Assembly: GCA_021613535.1 (NCBI GenBank)
Contig: CP075493.1
Span: 3,968,001-4,032,000 of the forward strand
Direction of reading: 5' to 3'
Length of the DNA: 64,000 bases
Source of the DNA: Adineta vaga
Lineage: Eukaryota; Animalia; Rotifera
The translations under genes and the position numbers were made by a program. Positions within the stretch are counted from its first letter, which is position 1. Each line of letters begins with the position of its first letter. This document shows positions 39,903 to 52,643 of the stretch, piece by piece. The notes below the pieces were generated by a model. That model did not search any database and had not been told where the DNA came from. It saw only the letters and a list, made by a program, of their open reading frames with translations.

Positions 39903-41351
39903 ATGCTCTCGATTTATAAGATAATTGTATTTCTATTGATAATAAGAAAAGAAATAGAAACATCTAGAATACAAGATCCGATTCCATTTGGAAATGAACG
40001 TTTAAATGATTTCTACTTTGTGAAAAATGGAACTATCTTTCATCAATTTGTATGTTTTCATTTTTTCTTCTTATGAATTCGAATCGTTCAATTTTCGAAC
40101 ATATCTAGAATCATGGTGCATATGGTGGTACTCCAAAAATTGTTGTACAATCACAATATCAATATGTTGAACAAATGGAATCATCTATTGTAGGTTAATT
40201 TCATCGGAAATGAATTTCTTTCTATGATTTGAAATGTAATTTAGCGTGAATGGATGAATGGTGCAACTGGTTATCGTCAATGTATAACAGCAGCTAAACA
40301 ACGTTTAACAACAATGATGCATATTAAAAATACATCGGACGCTGTATTAGTTGATAATGCTAGTGAAGGAATTAATGCTATTCTGAGAAATTTAGATCCA
40401 CCATTAGGATCATCGGATTATATTATTGATCTTTCAATTGCTTATGCACCATTTAAAGGTTTATATCAATGGTTAGGTTCACGATATGGTGTTAAAACAT
40501 TAGAAATACCAATTCAATGGCCAGTTACTGGCGCAGAATCATTTATTCAACCGATAACTGCGACATTGAAAGCCAATGCTTCTTCTCTTAATATTCGTAT
40601 GGCAATTTTCAGTCATATTTCTGCTTATCCAGCAGTTATTTTACCTGTAAAAGAATTAGTCGAATTATTTCATCGATATAATATTTCAGTCATTGTGGAT
40701 GGTGCTCATGCACTTGGAAATATTGAAATTAATATTGACGATATGTCCGACGTGGATTATTATTTTACCAATACACATAAATGGTTATATTCAAGTAAAA
40801 GTAGTGCTATACTTTACGTTCGACATGATCATCAACATTTATATATACCAGCTCCAGCTATTGTCGATTCAGCAATGACAGATGATTTTGAATCGCGATT
40901 TATATGGACAGGTACACGTGATAGAACACCTTATTGTGCGATTTTATCAGCATTAGATTATCGACAAAGTTTAGGTGGTGAAGAACGAATTATGAAATAT
41001 AATCAAGAATTAGCACAATATGGCGGAAGATATCTATCTCGATTATGGGCAACGAAAATTTTATCACCTGAAAATATGCAAAGTGGAATGACAAATGTAC
41101 AAGTTCCAACAAAGAATTTTACCATATGTCAGATGGTTGTTAATCAATTGTATAGTTCTTATAATACAATGGTGAGTGGAGCAAGTAATATTCTAGCAGA
41201 ATTAGGTGATATTCCATGTTACTTACGATTGTCAGCACAGATTTATCAAGAGAAAAGAGATTGGCATGTATTAGGTGAATTAATTGTGAAATTGTTGAAA
41301 GAATTTAATGGTTATACACCAAGAAGAAATCGTTTTGATGATTTTCATTAA
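39903..41351 (+). CDS. PLP-dependent class-V aminotransferase-fold lyase (Egt2/L-cysteine desulfhydrase/isopenicillin N epimerase-like), 3 exons
   Basis: PIPFG..F|NHGAYGGTP, DNASEGINA, VDGAHALG, NTHKW (PLP lysine), WTGTRD, YLRLSAQIY. Confidence 0.88.
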
Positions 41352-41687
41352 TTGTCTTAGTAAAATATTGCTTGAAAGAACAAATCTAAAATACTTTTTT
41401 TTCGAAAACATAATATTTGTTGAAACATTCATATGAAAGAGTCATTATGACGAAAACATTTTTCTTTCCTTTTTCGCTTCGAATGATAATAAGGGAGAAA
41501 AGAGAATGATTCATACTACAGGGTTTCTTCCGATAAACGCTCTACCCATGGGAAAAAAACAAATGTACCGATTATTGAATCATGTAGAAGTTTCCAATGA
41601 TTACGTAAACTTAAATACTATATTTATTAGAGACAATGAATGATCAGTTCACTATTTTCTGTTTTACTACACTCATATACATTTAAT

Positions 41688-42116
41688 ATGGTTACACATA
41701 CAATTATTTGGGTGGATACCAACGCTTCAGATGTTAGTAGTACTTTTCGTAGTAAACTTGGTGATGCACAATTTTTTACTGAGTCGAACGATTGTATAGA
41801 TTACATTCAATCACATTCAAATATATCTATTTATCTTATCGTATCTGGTCATTTAGCGAAATCTTTGATACCGAAAGTTTACGAATATTCAAATTTGATC
41901 AAAACTTTTATCTTTTGTGGATCAATTATAGCATATGCAGAATGGGCAATGGACTATTGTGATAAATTAATGATATTTGATCATGGTGATGATCTCTTAG
42001 AACGATTATGGAATGATCTAGAAAGTCAGTTTCGTGCACAAGCGATACAATATTTACGATGTGCAGATAAATATAAAAATCGAGCACTTCAATACAAGCA
42101 ACCAGCTTGTGGTTAA
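41688..42116 (+). CDS. Stand-alone pseudo-receiver (CheY-like) domain protein
   Basis: IIWVD...DCIDYI..IYLIVSG..LIPKV..TFIFC..EWA..IFD..DLLERL shows an alternating beta/alpha pattern. Confidence 0.65.
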   Translation: MVTHTIIWVDTNASDVSSTFRSKLGDAQFFTESNDCIDYIQSHSNISIYLIVSGHLAKSLIPKVYEYSNLIKTFIFCGSIIAYAEWAMDYCDKLMIFDHGDDLLERLWNDLESQFRAQAIQYLRCADKYKNRALQYKQPACG

Positions 42117-42412
42117 ACAGATAATTTTTTAATTTTTCTGTGAAAAATATATCTTTATTTTTTTAATAAAATCAATGTCTAACAGAAATTTACTCTAAGT
42201 TTCAATATCTTGAGGTTATAGGTGAGAGTGCAGTCATACTCGTCACTAATAATCTGAAAATGTTTTTCTAACAAATTATTTTTTTAATATTTCTATGAGT
42301 CATTTACTATTGATTATCTTTCTCTTCTCTTCATATGATTGTGCAATTACAATAGAATGAAAATTTCTTTTTCTAACACAGTTTCTTTCATTCGTATATA
42401 ATTTCATTTCAG

Positions 42413-43384
42413 ATGGATAACTTTCAGACTTTAGAAAAACTTCCAAATGAAATCTTTCAAGATCTATTTGAATATTTTGATATCTACGAATTATATAAAA
42501 TATTTTCGAAGTTAAATTTTCGTTTTGATGGATTAGTGAAAAATTTTCAACATCTTCAAATAATTCTTCATTCATTTGATGATATTCATTATCCAGTAAA
42601 TCGATATTTCCTCTCAACAATAAAAACATTAGTAATTGATCATTCCAAGAAATTCTACGATTCAACAATCATTGAATCCATTTCGCATATTCGTTGTTTA
42701 ATTCTTGGTGAACCGACACGTGAACAATGGGAATCGATATCTCCTCTCTATTTTCCACATCTTGAACGTTTATATTTATTTAATACAAGATTTGCTTATC
42801 GAACAGAAAAACTTTGTCAATTAATTTTTTCTAATGCATTTTCATCCTTACATTCGTGTTCATTACCTCATATTACCTATGAACTTAGCAATTCCTGGAC
42901 TCAATCTTATCATCTTCAATCACTTCAAGTGAATATTTGGGATATTCGTGTCTACACTCAAATCCTTCATACCTGCCCAAATTTACGTCATTTGACAATT
43001 CGTCTCAGTTGTGAAACGCATTCGGAGAATGTATCACTAAATTCAAATTTACGGCATTTAAATCTTCAATATTTAAATTTACATCGTTGTAAACCAATTA
43101 CAGATGGATTTATTGATTCCATACTATCATTCGTACCTAATCTTTCTCGATTTTCACTTCGAGCTAACAATCATTATCCAAGCAGTATTTCTATGAATAC
43201 ATTAGTTGATATTTTTCAAAAGCGAATACCAAGATTGAGACGTATTAATATAGATATTACTGTACAGGATAGTATGTTCTATGAAGAACAAATGGAAACG
43301 AAGTATCCATTGTTTCAATCAGTCAAACTTCAAACCGATCTATACAGACGAACAAGTATAATTATTCGTGGATCAATATGGTAG
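42413..43384 (+). CDS. F-box + degenerate LRR protein (lineage-expanded type)
   Basis: LEKLPNEIFQDLFEYF..FSKLNFRFD F-box; repeats FPHLERLYL, CPNLRHLTI, VPNLSRFSL. Confidence 0.8.
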   Translation: MDNFQTLEKLPNEIFQDLFEYFDIYELYKIFSKLNFRFDGLVKNFQHLQIILHSFDDIHYPVNRYFLSTIKTLVIDHSKKFYDSTIIESISHIRCLILGEPTREQWESISPLYFPHLERLYLFNTRFAYRTEKLCQLIFSNAFSSLHSCSLPHITYELSNSWTQSYHLQSLQVNIWDIRVYTQILHTCPNLRHLTIRLSCETHSENVSLNSNLRHLNLQYLNLHRCKPITDGFIDSILSFVPNLSRFSLRANNHYPSSISMNTLVDIFQKRIPRLRRINIDITVQDSMFYEEQMETKYPLFQSVKLQTDLYRRTSIIIRGSIW

Positions 43385-44050
43385 ATACAGGATTTAATTA
43401 TATTGCTCTTCGAACATGTCATGATTGAGTCTTATTTACTTGTAGATAGTCTTTTTTGATACTTGTGATCAATCCTTGACAAGAGGAAATTTCTTCGAAT
43501 GATCATTTATTTTCGTTGATTCATTCCCACATGAATATCCTGATAATGATTTTTCTATGATAAAAGAAAAACTAGATTGTCGATATGATTGGAAATGTTG
43601 AATACACTGAATATATTTCTTTAAACTCTCGGGAATTCTTTCAGTTGACTTGTTTTGATTTCTGTGACAGACAACGAGAAAAAAGAAAACATATTGTCAA
43701 AATTCATCCGACTAGAGTTTGATTGCTCTTGCCTATCCAATGACAATAACATACACGAAAGAGAAGATCGAATTTTGTCTGTGTAAGTAACGAACAATGA
43801 CTGTTATGATGTAAGCTATCGGAACGAATAAGAAAAGAAATGTCGTTTGTCTTAATTACTCTTCTTTAGTCCCGATCGTGCAATATTTACTCATCTTTCT
43901 TTCCTTTTTTTCGCTAGCTCATTAAACGGACAGTCTATTCGTTTGACAAGCGAATTCAATTGTTCATTGATCTTGTTTTTTTCTAACTTTCTCACTCTTT
44001 AGTGCAACTAAGAAATGTGTGAATTAACACATTAAATGTTGCAGTGAAAT

Positions 44051-46391
44051 ATGACTATTCGAATAATTTTCTGGTGGTGGATATGGTATTTATTACTGGT
44101 AACAATTGATTTTATTCAAGCACAAAATCCATTTAATAGTGGCGTTGGCGGCGGTCTTCCACTTGATCCTTTTCTCGAACTTACAGGAGCAGTTACGACT
44201 CCTGTTATACAAAAATCTACAAATCCAGATTTATCATGTGTATCACAAGGAACATTAGCTGGAGCGATTATTGGAACATTATTATTATCGGCTTTTATTG
44301 CATTTTTGACTTGGATGGTCTATTTAAGACAGAAGTTACAAGGTATACTTTTTGAATAGACTATTTTTCTTTTCGCCTAACACACTTTTGTTATAATTTG
44401 AAAGAACTACAATCATATGAAAATCAAGGGAAAAAACATGTGCGAATATCATCGAAACCTCATTCAACTATTTCTGCAGTTTCAAATTATAAAAAACAAC
44501 ATATGATTCATGGTTTGTTGGAAATGAGATTTCTTTGTATATTCAATATAGTTTTGAATGAAATTCTAGATGAAATAGATGAGAACGATAACCAATTCCC
44601 ATTGGATGCTATTGATTATAAAGTAAGCACAATCAATTATTAATGCTTTCACACTCTCTTTTCAATAGAACTTAAATAAAATGTTCTTCATCTAAATTTA
44701 ACATTACATCTCATTCTTTCGAAAATCTCTACTGCAGATTAATCGTACAGACAGAGTTTTATTAAATATATATATATTACTCAATCTAACCTTGTTCTAT
44801 TATAAATAGTTTGGTACATTTCCATTTCGTCAATCTCAAACGCCAAGTGTTAATGGTCATTCTAATACTGGTGACTGGTTAACACGTATTCCATCTTCGT
44901 TTCGATCTGCAACTATGGATAAAGTAAATGTGTATTTTATGATTTTGTTGTTATTTTATAGGATTATCAAAAACGAAATTTTAGGATGCACAAGTGATCG
45001 ATATTGAACTATTGAATCCAACATTTTGTGGTCTAAATTTTAGTATCACAGGAAATATGCGTTCAGGAATTTTTGTAAAAGAAATTCTCGATAAAGAAAT
45101 AGGAAAAGGACAAATGAAATTAAATTCATCCGATCAATTGAAAGCTGGTAATTCTTTTCTTGTTCAATCTATCATAATAATTGATTTCATAATTGACTAG
45201 GTGATCGAATTGTTGCCTTAACTGTCTGTTTTGAATCCATTGTTTACGAAGATGCACTAACAATTCTAAGTTATGCATCACCATATCCAGTATGTTTGAT
45301 CGATGTGTTTTTCTTTTTCGTTAGAAAATCGAAATATACAATTGGTTTAATTAGGTTATTCTTCGTGTTCAACGATCAACACGTTTACCGAAAGTAAAAG
45401 TAATCAAAGAAAAACGTTTAGTATCAGGAACAACAGCAACTACAAACAAAGTGAAATGGCGCGATGATTTTGAACACTACGATAACGATAGTAAATCTTC
45501 TCTCGAAATTGAATGACAAGAAACTATATATAGTTTATTTTCAACTAGCATCACATAATCATTCTTCAAATCCACTCAATCCAACAGCAACATTAACAAC
45601 AGATACAAAATCAACTTCTGCAAATGATCAACCTCGTTCATCCTCGAAAAAACCTCGTACAAGCAAATCACCATCGATTCCGAAAGGTAATAAATCTAAA
45701 GCATCATTGAATCATATTGCCACCATAGCAAAACAAGTGAATCCGGATCTAAAAAATCATCGAAACAAAATACCCAATACAATGATGTTAACATCGACAG
45801 GTTTAACAGGAAAACCTCTTGAGAAAATTGCAGTTTCACCTGCAGGAACTAATAAAACAACGGTTAAATCTGTGACAAATGCTGTTATTTCTTATCTTCA
45901 TTATCGAGGCGTGAATGGAGGACATGGAACAGGTAGAGATATTACAGGGTTATAAACTAACGCATGTATATGCATGAACGGGAGATATGTGTGTTTTTAA
46001 TTGCAAAGAAATATTTTTATATGATTTTTTTTAGATGTTACAAATAATTCTGAAGCAACATTAATGGTAAGTAAGAAAACATCATCATTCATTTGAAAAC
46101 AGAAAAAATTTCTTTCTGATCAATATATTAACATCGAAGAGAAAATGTATAAACATTTTTTTTTTTCTTAATTTTTAGCCCTATTACGATTCTCCATATG
46201 ATTACTATGCTGCTAATGTATCTCATGCACATTTAAATAAAAATAATAATAATTCCTCATCAACAGAATCTCTAACTGCTGTTACATCATTGTGTACGAT
46301 TGAGTTTTCGCCCTCTCGAATCTTACCAAAAACGATTCAACCAATTGAAGATAAAGAAACTTTGGAGAGAAATATCGACACATTCGTGTAA
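44051..46391 (+). CDS. Type I membrane protein with cytoplasmic periaxin/AHNAK-type PDZ domain, multi-exon
   Basis: Signal peptide and TM (AGAIIGTLLLSAFIAFLTWMVYL). PDZ exons read GLNFSITGNMRSGIFVKEI..|GDRIVALTVCFESIVYEDALTILSYASPYP|VILRVQR. Last exon ends RNIDTFV* (46389-46391). Confidence 0.72.
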
Positions 46392-47245
46392 ATATTTGTC
46401 TATGTTTTGTTTCTTATTACAATTTTTCCTTTTTCTTTGTTGTATTTTAATAAATGAAAACGAATCGTTGATGATAATCTATTCAAATAAATGTATACAA
46501 TCAATGTTATATTCCGATACAAAATTTTATGTATTGAAAATAGTATATATGTTTCATTGATAAATCGTTAAAATGTACTGCTTCAGTCGGCTAGAGAAAC
46601 AATCAAAATTAAAATAAGATCTCGTTTGTTAAATATATACACACACGAATTCGATAAGATTTAGGTATTCATTTGATTTCATCGACGATCTATAGATGCT
46701 CATCTTGATTGCTGAATCAACTTAGATGCAATGAAAAATCTCATTTGATACTATAGTTATCCGATTACTAGACCGTATCGGTCACATGATTAAAAGACAA
46801 GTTTTTCTTTTCTATTGTTTACGAGGATAAGCAGATAAGAAAAAGATTTTTCGTCTACATACAAATCCTTAACTAATTATGTCATTTATGTTTACCATCT
46901 TTTATGCTTTCATCAATATTTTTATGCTTTCGTGAAAAGAACTATTTTGAATATCAAAGTATTCTCATTATCAACATAATTGATTGAAATTTCATTCGAA
47001 TGATTTTATCTTTTTGCATGTTTGTTTGGTACCAGAACGGCACAATCAATATATGATAAGAATCCATTTCTTCGAGATACAACCTCTATATAGACACGAT
47101 GTTGTCCTTCAGATGTCACCATTTCAAAAGAAAAAGAAACATTATGAATGGTTCTTTAATAAATTCAAATAATAAACAATTAAAACACACATTTACTATC
47201 TAATCTAGAAGTTTGCTGTTTATTTCAGTTTTGTTTTGCTAGAGA

Positions 47246-48283
47246 ATGGATTCTCGAAAACAATCGACGACTCGAAAGCAGTCACCATCACAATTATCAA
47301 CTCTTTATCTGGTTATTTATAATGGTCTTCTTACTATCGGGTAAATAAGAAAGATTTGATTTTATTTTTAATAAAATTTCGTCTTTTTTTCATAGTTGGA
47401 CATTGATTCTTCTTGAAACAATTAAACGTGTTCTTTCTTATAATTCATTTCATGATCTATCGGAATGTTATGGTCTATGGAATTCAATTGAAATTCCACT
47501 GAAAATTTGTCAAACAGCTGCATTTCTTGAAGTAAAATCAAATGATATTTACGAAATAAATAATTTACATTTCATTACAAAAAGGTTTTTCATGCAATGT
47601 TTGGTCTCGTTCGATCAAATCCAATGATTGTTCTTATTCAAATTATTTCACGTGTTTTTCTCGTTTGGGGTGTCGCTAATTATATACCTCATGTAAATCT
47701 TTTATTTTTCCTCATAGAATCATTCCTTCTATGATTATTATTTAGGCTCAACATACAGTTGGAATTCTCTTAGCTGTTACGGCATGGAGTATAACAGAAA
47801 TCATTCGTTATGGTTATTATGCTTTGAATTTATTTCATATATCACCTCAATTATTAACATGGTGTCGGTAAGTTGATTTCTTTGCAACTAGTGAATATTT
47901 ATTAATATGTTTAGATACACGTTTTTCATTGTACTTTATCCATTGGGTGTTACAGTAAGATTTTCTTATTGAAAAATTTATTATTATAAAACATGTCTCT
48001 TTTCTAGGGTGAACTTGTCACCATTGTAAAAGCTATGCGAACTATCTATCCTGAAAAAATTCGTAATCAATATTCCATTTTATTACCAAATAAAATGAAT
48101 TTTGGTTTTGATTATTTTTACTTTCTTGCCGTCGTTGTTCTTGCTTATTTATGTAAGTAAAAAGTTCATGTTTAGAACATTGTATCGATACTTTCATATT
48201 TAGATTTTCCAACAATGTACAAGCATATGTTTGCGCAACGTAAAAAAACATTAAATCCTTCGTCATCAAAAAAAGTTCAATAG
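47246..48283 (+). CDS. HACD: Very-long-chain 3-hydroxyacyl-CoA dehydratase (PTPLA/HACD family), multi-exon
   Basis: YLVIYN, CQTAAFLE|VFHA, QIISRVFLVWG, AWSITEIIRYGYY, TWCR|YTFFIVLYPLGVT|GEL, and C-terminal KKVQ* dilysine ER signal. Confidence 0.92.
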
Positions 48284-50138
48284 GAACATTTATTCTACGC
48301 ACGAAAACACAACATCGATAACACTTTCATGCGTGTTTTGATATGATCAAAGGAAATAAAAACATTTTTATGTATTCGATTTTGATACAAAAAATATTGA
48401 TCATTTTCCCAACTAAAAATATAGATTATTTTATATGAAAATATCATCAAATCTATGAGTTGAAAAAAACATAGTTTGGCAAATTATAGGTATTCAGTAT
48501 GAATTACAGAGATGAATTCTTATTTTAATCAACTACTATGTTTCAAAGTATCATTAAATTGATCAAGTTTTTTTGAATGATCGAGCATGAGTTCTACATG
48601 GAACGTTAGAGTTATGATTATTTGTCACTCATTTCCTTCTATAATTCAAACATAAAGAAGCGTGTAGGAATTCTTTTCCTGTCGGCTTTGATTTCAGAGA
48701 AACTTGATTAAACAAGTTCTTTTCAGTTGACATTTTTTATATATTTTTCTTAAAAAAGGAATGAGGAAGGAACTTTTATCAAAATATAAGAATCCGTAGA
48801 TGATTACTATATACATGTTTCTTCGTCTTTGTAACTTAGAACGAGACGGATGCTACTCTGCATAGATTAAGTAAAGCAATTCGTATGTAATTTTCAATAC
48901 TTTTTCATGTCACCAGTCAATATTTTGTCATCTAGAACGTTCATATGCTCTTATTATAGTACTTGAGAAGACAAAATCAGCATATTCATATTAGAATGGC
49001 AGAATAATTCCAAAAAAAAAGAATAATAGTACAGATCAGTGACAAAGTTTACGGAAGTATCAGTTTCGACAGAATTTCTTTATGTTCAAAAGAAAGTGCG
49101 GAAAGACAAATTCTATGAGTTTTTCTTTCAAAGAAATTTATGCATTATCAATCTTAGAAATGAATGCCTTTTGAACTATTCGTTAGAAAAGATAAAGATA
49201 GTATATTTTTGATCTTTTTCTTTCCCATTATCATTAGTTTTGTGGTTATAAGAAAATCTTCGAGATCGTTATTGTTTTATTTTATGGTGATACTCTTCAC
49301 GTTATTAATACTTGAAATCCTATTAATAAATAATTATTTTCTAACCATTGATATAAATCTACTTCTTGCATTATCTTTCAAACATTTTTAAAAATACAAA
49401 ATGTACAAATCTTTTTTTCTATATATAGTATGTGCTCATCTTTCTTAACTAAAGTATTCTTTTCAGAGGAAGTTCTTCAGTATTCTTCTATTAAGATAGA
49501 TATTTATTTCTTATAGCTAGTTAAAAATGATGAAGCTCACAAATAAAACAGCTGGTAATCGTAGAGTTTTCTTGAGTAATATTTGATATATATTTTTATA
49601 TGAGTACTTTCTATAATTTCATAGTCAAAATCAGCGTATCTGGAAAGTCATGTCTGAAAACTTTTATTATATATATATTCTTGCTACTTCATCTAACTTG
49701 ATTAATGTTTTTTAAACTAAGGGTAAGTATTCTGAGTTCTTATTTATCAGAATAACCTTTCATGCTATTCTAGCAAAATTCTGCATCCTCTACAGGATCC
49801 TAGTAGTCAAGAGATAGATTAAGATATTTCTATTCTTAATATTTTCATCAGATTAGATAGAATGTATTGAATTTTACAAGAATACGTATGCTGAAGAATT
49901 AAATTCTTTTTCTAAGAAAAACAAATTTATAGAAAACTACTAGAACAATCGAGATAATGACTGAGATTAAAAAAATGGTTTTAATATGTTCTTTTGAATG
50001 TACAAAGCACGCAAAAGATTTGCGGATTAGTATGCAAGATCATTTGGATAAAGAAAAACTCGACATATGATAGAAATTTTGTTGAATAACTTTCCGAACA
50101 TTTTGTGTAATTATTATTTGTCACCTATAGGAACAATC

Positions 50139-51125
50139 ATGGTACAAACGGAAAATGCTGAGTTAGTTGAAAGGTTAACAATATCAACTTTAAATTTACA
50201 TTTGTATGTATCGATGTTGATTTTTCTTTTTGGTCTTATTGGAAATCTTCTCAATATATTTATTTTAACACAACGATCACTTCGCTCTATTCCATGTATA
50301 TACTTATTTTTAATTTCATCGATAGCAAATCTCATATCAATTCTATTTGGTTTAACACCAAGAATTCTTCTAACATGGCAATTAGATTTAACTGCAACGA
50401 ATGATTTACTTTGTAAAATACGTGCATTTATTTTATTTACATCTCGAACAATAGCATTGTGGTTAACAACTTTAGCAACAATTGATCGTTGGTTAATTTC
50501 ATCAAATAATCCTTTCTTTCGACGATTAAGTTCATTGAAAAATGCACGAAATGGTTCTTTAATTATAACGATTATTTCAAGTTTATTGTACATACAAATG
50601 CTCTATTGTTATAAAGCAAATCTAACATATACACCATTGAAATGTTATGGTCATACATCATCTTGTTGTTTATTAACTGATTTAACATATGCATGTTTTA
50701 CTGTTTTCTTTCCTTTGATTTTCATGATTATATTTGGTTCTATGACAATATCAAATGTACGCAATGCGAGAGGTTTTACTGCGCCATTACGAGTTGCATC
50801 CGTCCAATATTTAAATAAAGAACAAGCAATCATTTTCAAACAACAAAAACAACGATGGAAAAAACTTGATCGTCATTTACGACGAATACTTTTTCTTCAA
50901 ATTATTTTATTTATTTTCTTAAATGTACCACAAGCAATTCATAAGATTTATTTTACAAGTACATCAGTTCATTCTAAATCCACGGTTGAATATAAATTTG
51001 ATCAATTCTTATATAGATTTGAACTTCTTCTACCATATATAGAAAGTTCTCTACCATTCTATATCTATATACTCACCGGTGGAAAAATATTTCGTACAGC
51101 TTTAAGAAAATTGTTTGCTTGTTGA
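50139..51125 (+). CDS. Rhodopsin-family 7TM GPCR, intronless
   Basis: GLIGNLLN, CKIRAF, ATIDRW, PFYIYILTGGKIFR. Same subfamily as 2645-3680. Confidence 0.88.
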   Translation: MVQTENAELVERLTISTLNLHLYVSMLIFLFGLIGNLLNIFILTQRSLRSIPCIYLFLISSIANLISILFGLTPRILLTWQLDLTATNDLLCKIRAFILFTSRTIALWLTTLATIDRWLISSNNPFFRRLSSLKNARNGSLIITIISSLLYIQMLYCYKANLTYTPLKCYGHTSSCCLLTDLTYACFTVFFPLIFMIIFGSMTISNVRNARGFTAPLRVASVQYLNKEQAIIFKQQKQRWKKLDRHLRRILFLQIILFIFLNVPQAIHKIYFTSTSVHSKSTVEYKFDQFLYRFELLLPYIESSLPFYIYILTGGKIFRTALRKLFAC

Positions 51126-51928
51126 AAATGTTAAGTTTAATAATAAATACAAAAAAGCCATACAGAATCTGTTGTAAATTTGAATTTTTTTTTGGTATAA
51201 CGACATCTGTAAGAGAAGATTCGACGTATGTTTTTTTTTTAACAACAAAAATGTTGGAAGATTTTTTTCCAAGTAAATGTAATTGACATATGTCATAGTT
51301 AAAGACGTTTTGATGTATTATTTGAAGTATTTACTTGTTTTTGATAAAGAAAAAACTTGAAAATTTTCTGAGAAAAAATGCTTCTGTTGAGTTTTATCTT
51401 TCGAAGAAAGATGGTTACCATATTAACGAATCAATGTTGAAATAGTGTTTCTTTCCAGTTTGACTCATATCTCGCTATCACATACGTGTAAGTGTCAATA
51501 CAAAAGAAGCTTTCTTATGGATTAGATTTCCACATTTGAATCACTAAATCGAAAGAATATCGTCTCATGTAAGTCAATATGTGACATAATCAGACTATAT
51601 ACAAAGATTCTAAAATTGCGCAATCCTTTTATATAATAAGTTTATTCTGTACTAAACAATTCCGTTTCGTTAATACAGAAAAGTATTCACAGTATACTTT
51701 TTGCTTTATAAATTCACACATAATTGTCATACAAATAGAAAATTATTCTGAAATGAAAACAAAACAAAACAAAAAACACACATTTGACATCATGCAATAA
51801 AAAGTTTTCAAATAGTTCATATGAATTCAGTGAAGATCTGAATAGGTCTGCTAAAATGTTTTCAACGTCTTTCTCAAATTAAGCTACGAATATTCATATG
51901 AGATTACTTTGGAAGTTCACACTGATTT

Positions 51929-52471
51929 CTACTGGTAGTCCATCTCCATGTTATTATTTTCATCAACACACAATTGTTCCATTAATTTCGGTGAGAATTG
52001 GAAGGTATATCGAGTATTTGTTTTGAGCATGGTACCTTCTTTGTAGTAGCATCGTACTGCACGTGCAAATTTATCATAGGTCATCTCTTTATTTGACTGT
52101 CGACTTTTGATTTGTTGCCATAGATGTGCAATTTTTTCAGGTTCATGAACTTCAAAAATACCTTTGGATATATCCTTATACGATGCATATGAAATATATT
52201 CACGCTTTTGAAGTAATAGAAGAAGAAATTCATAGAGCCATGGTGGTCTTTGACGCTTTGAAACTTTATCTGTAACCAACCAATCTTTTGGATTAACTGG
52301 AATTTCACTTGATGGAGTTGGAGTTTGAATTGGGATAGCTTGTAAGAGATCAGAAAGGTCGAATTCTTCCGCTAAAATGTCATGGAGCAAATCCAATTCG
52401 AATTTATCCAGTTGAGGAATATCATCAAGACAGTCCAAATCTAAGCTATTATCGTTGGCAGTAGCCATCAT
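51929..52471 (-). CDS. ETS-domain transcription factor (ELF/ESE-like, minimal)
   Basis: LYEFLLLLLQ..GIFEV..AHLW..K..MTYDKFARAVRCYY..YTFQF, with an acidic N-terminus. Confidence 0.9.
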   Translation of the reverse strand: MMATANDNSLDLDCLDDIPQLDKFELDLLHDILAEEFDLSDLLQAIPIQTPTPSSEIPVNPKDWLVTDKVSKRQRPPWLYEFLLLLLQKREYISYASYKDISKGIFEVHEPEKIAHLWQQIKSRQSNKEMTYDKFARAVRCYYKEGTMLKTNTRYTFQFSPKLMEQLCVDENNNMEMDYQ

Positions 52472-52643
52472 AGATGATAAGAGATATAATTGAGATTGGT
52501 GAAGTATTATCGGGTGAGACAGTTAAGATTTAATCTGCTTTGCTTGATGTTTTGATCGGAAATGTATCACAGTAGCTTTTCTTTTAATGTGTAAAACGGC
52601 GTACACGAGATACTTAAATATATTGAAACTTGAATAAAAATAC

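Noticed and set aside
50114-50839. Antisense ORFs over the GPCR, and similar shadow ORFs over other genes
   Set aside because: By-products of codon bias on the coding strand.
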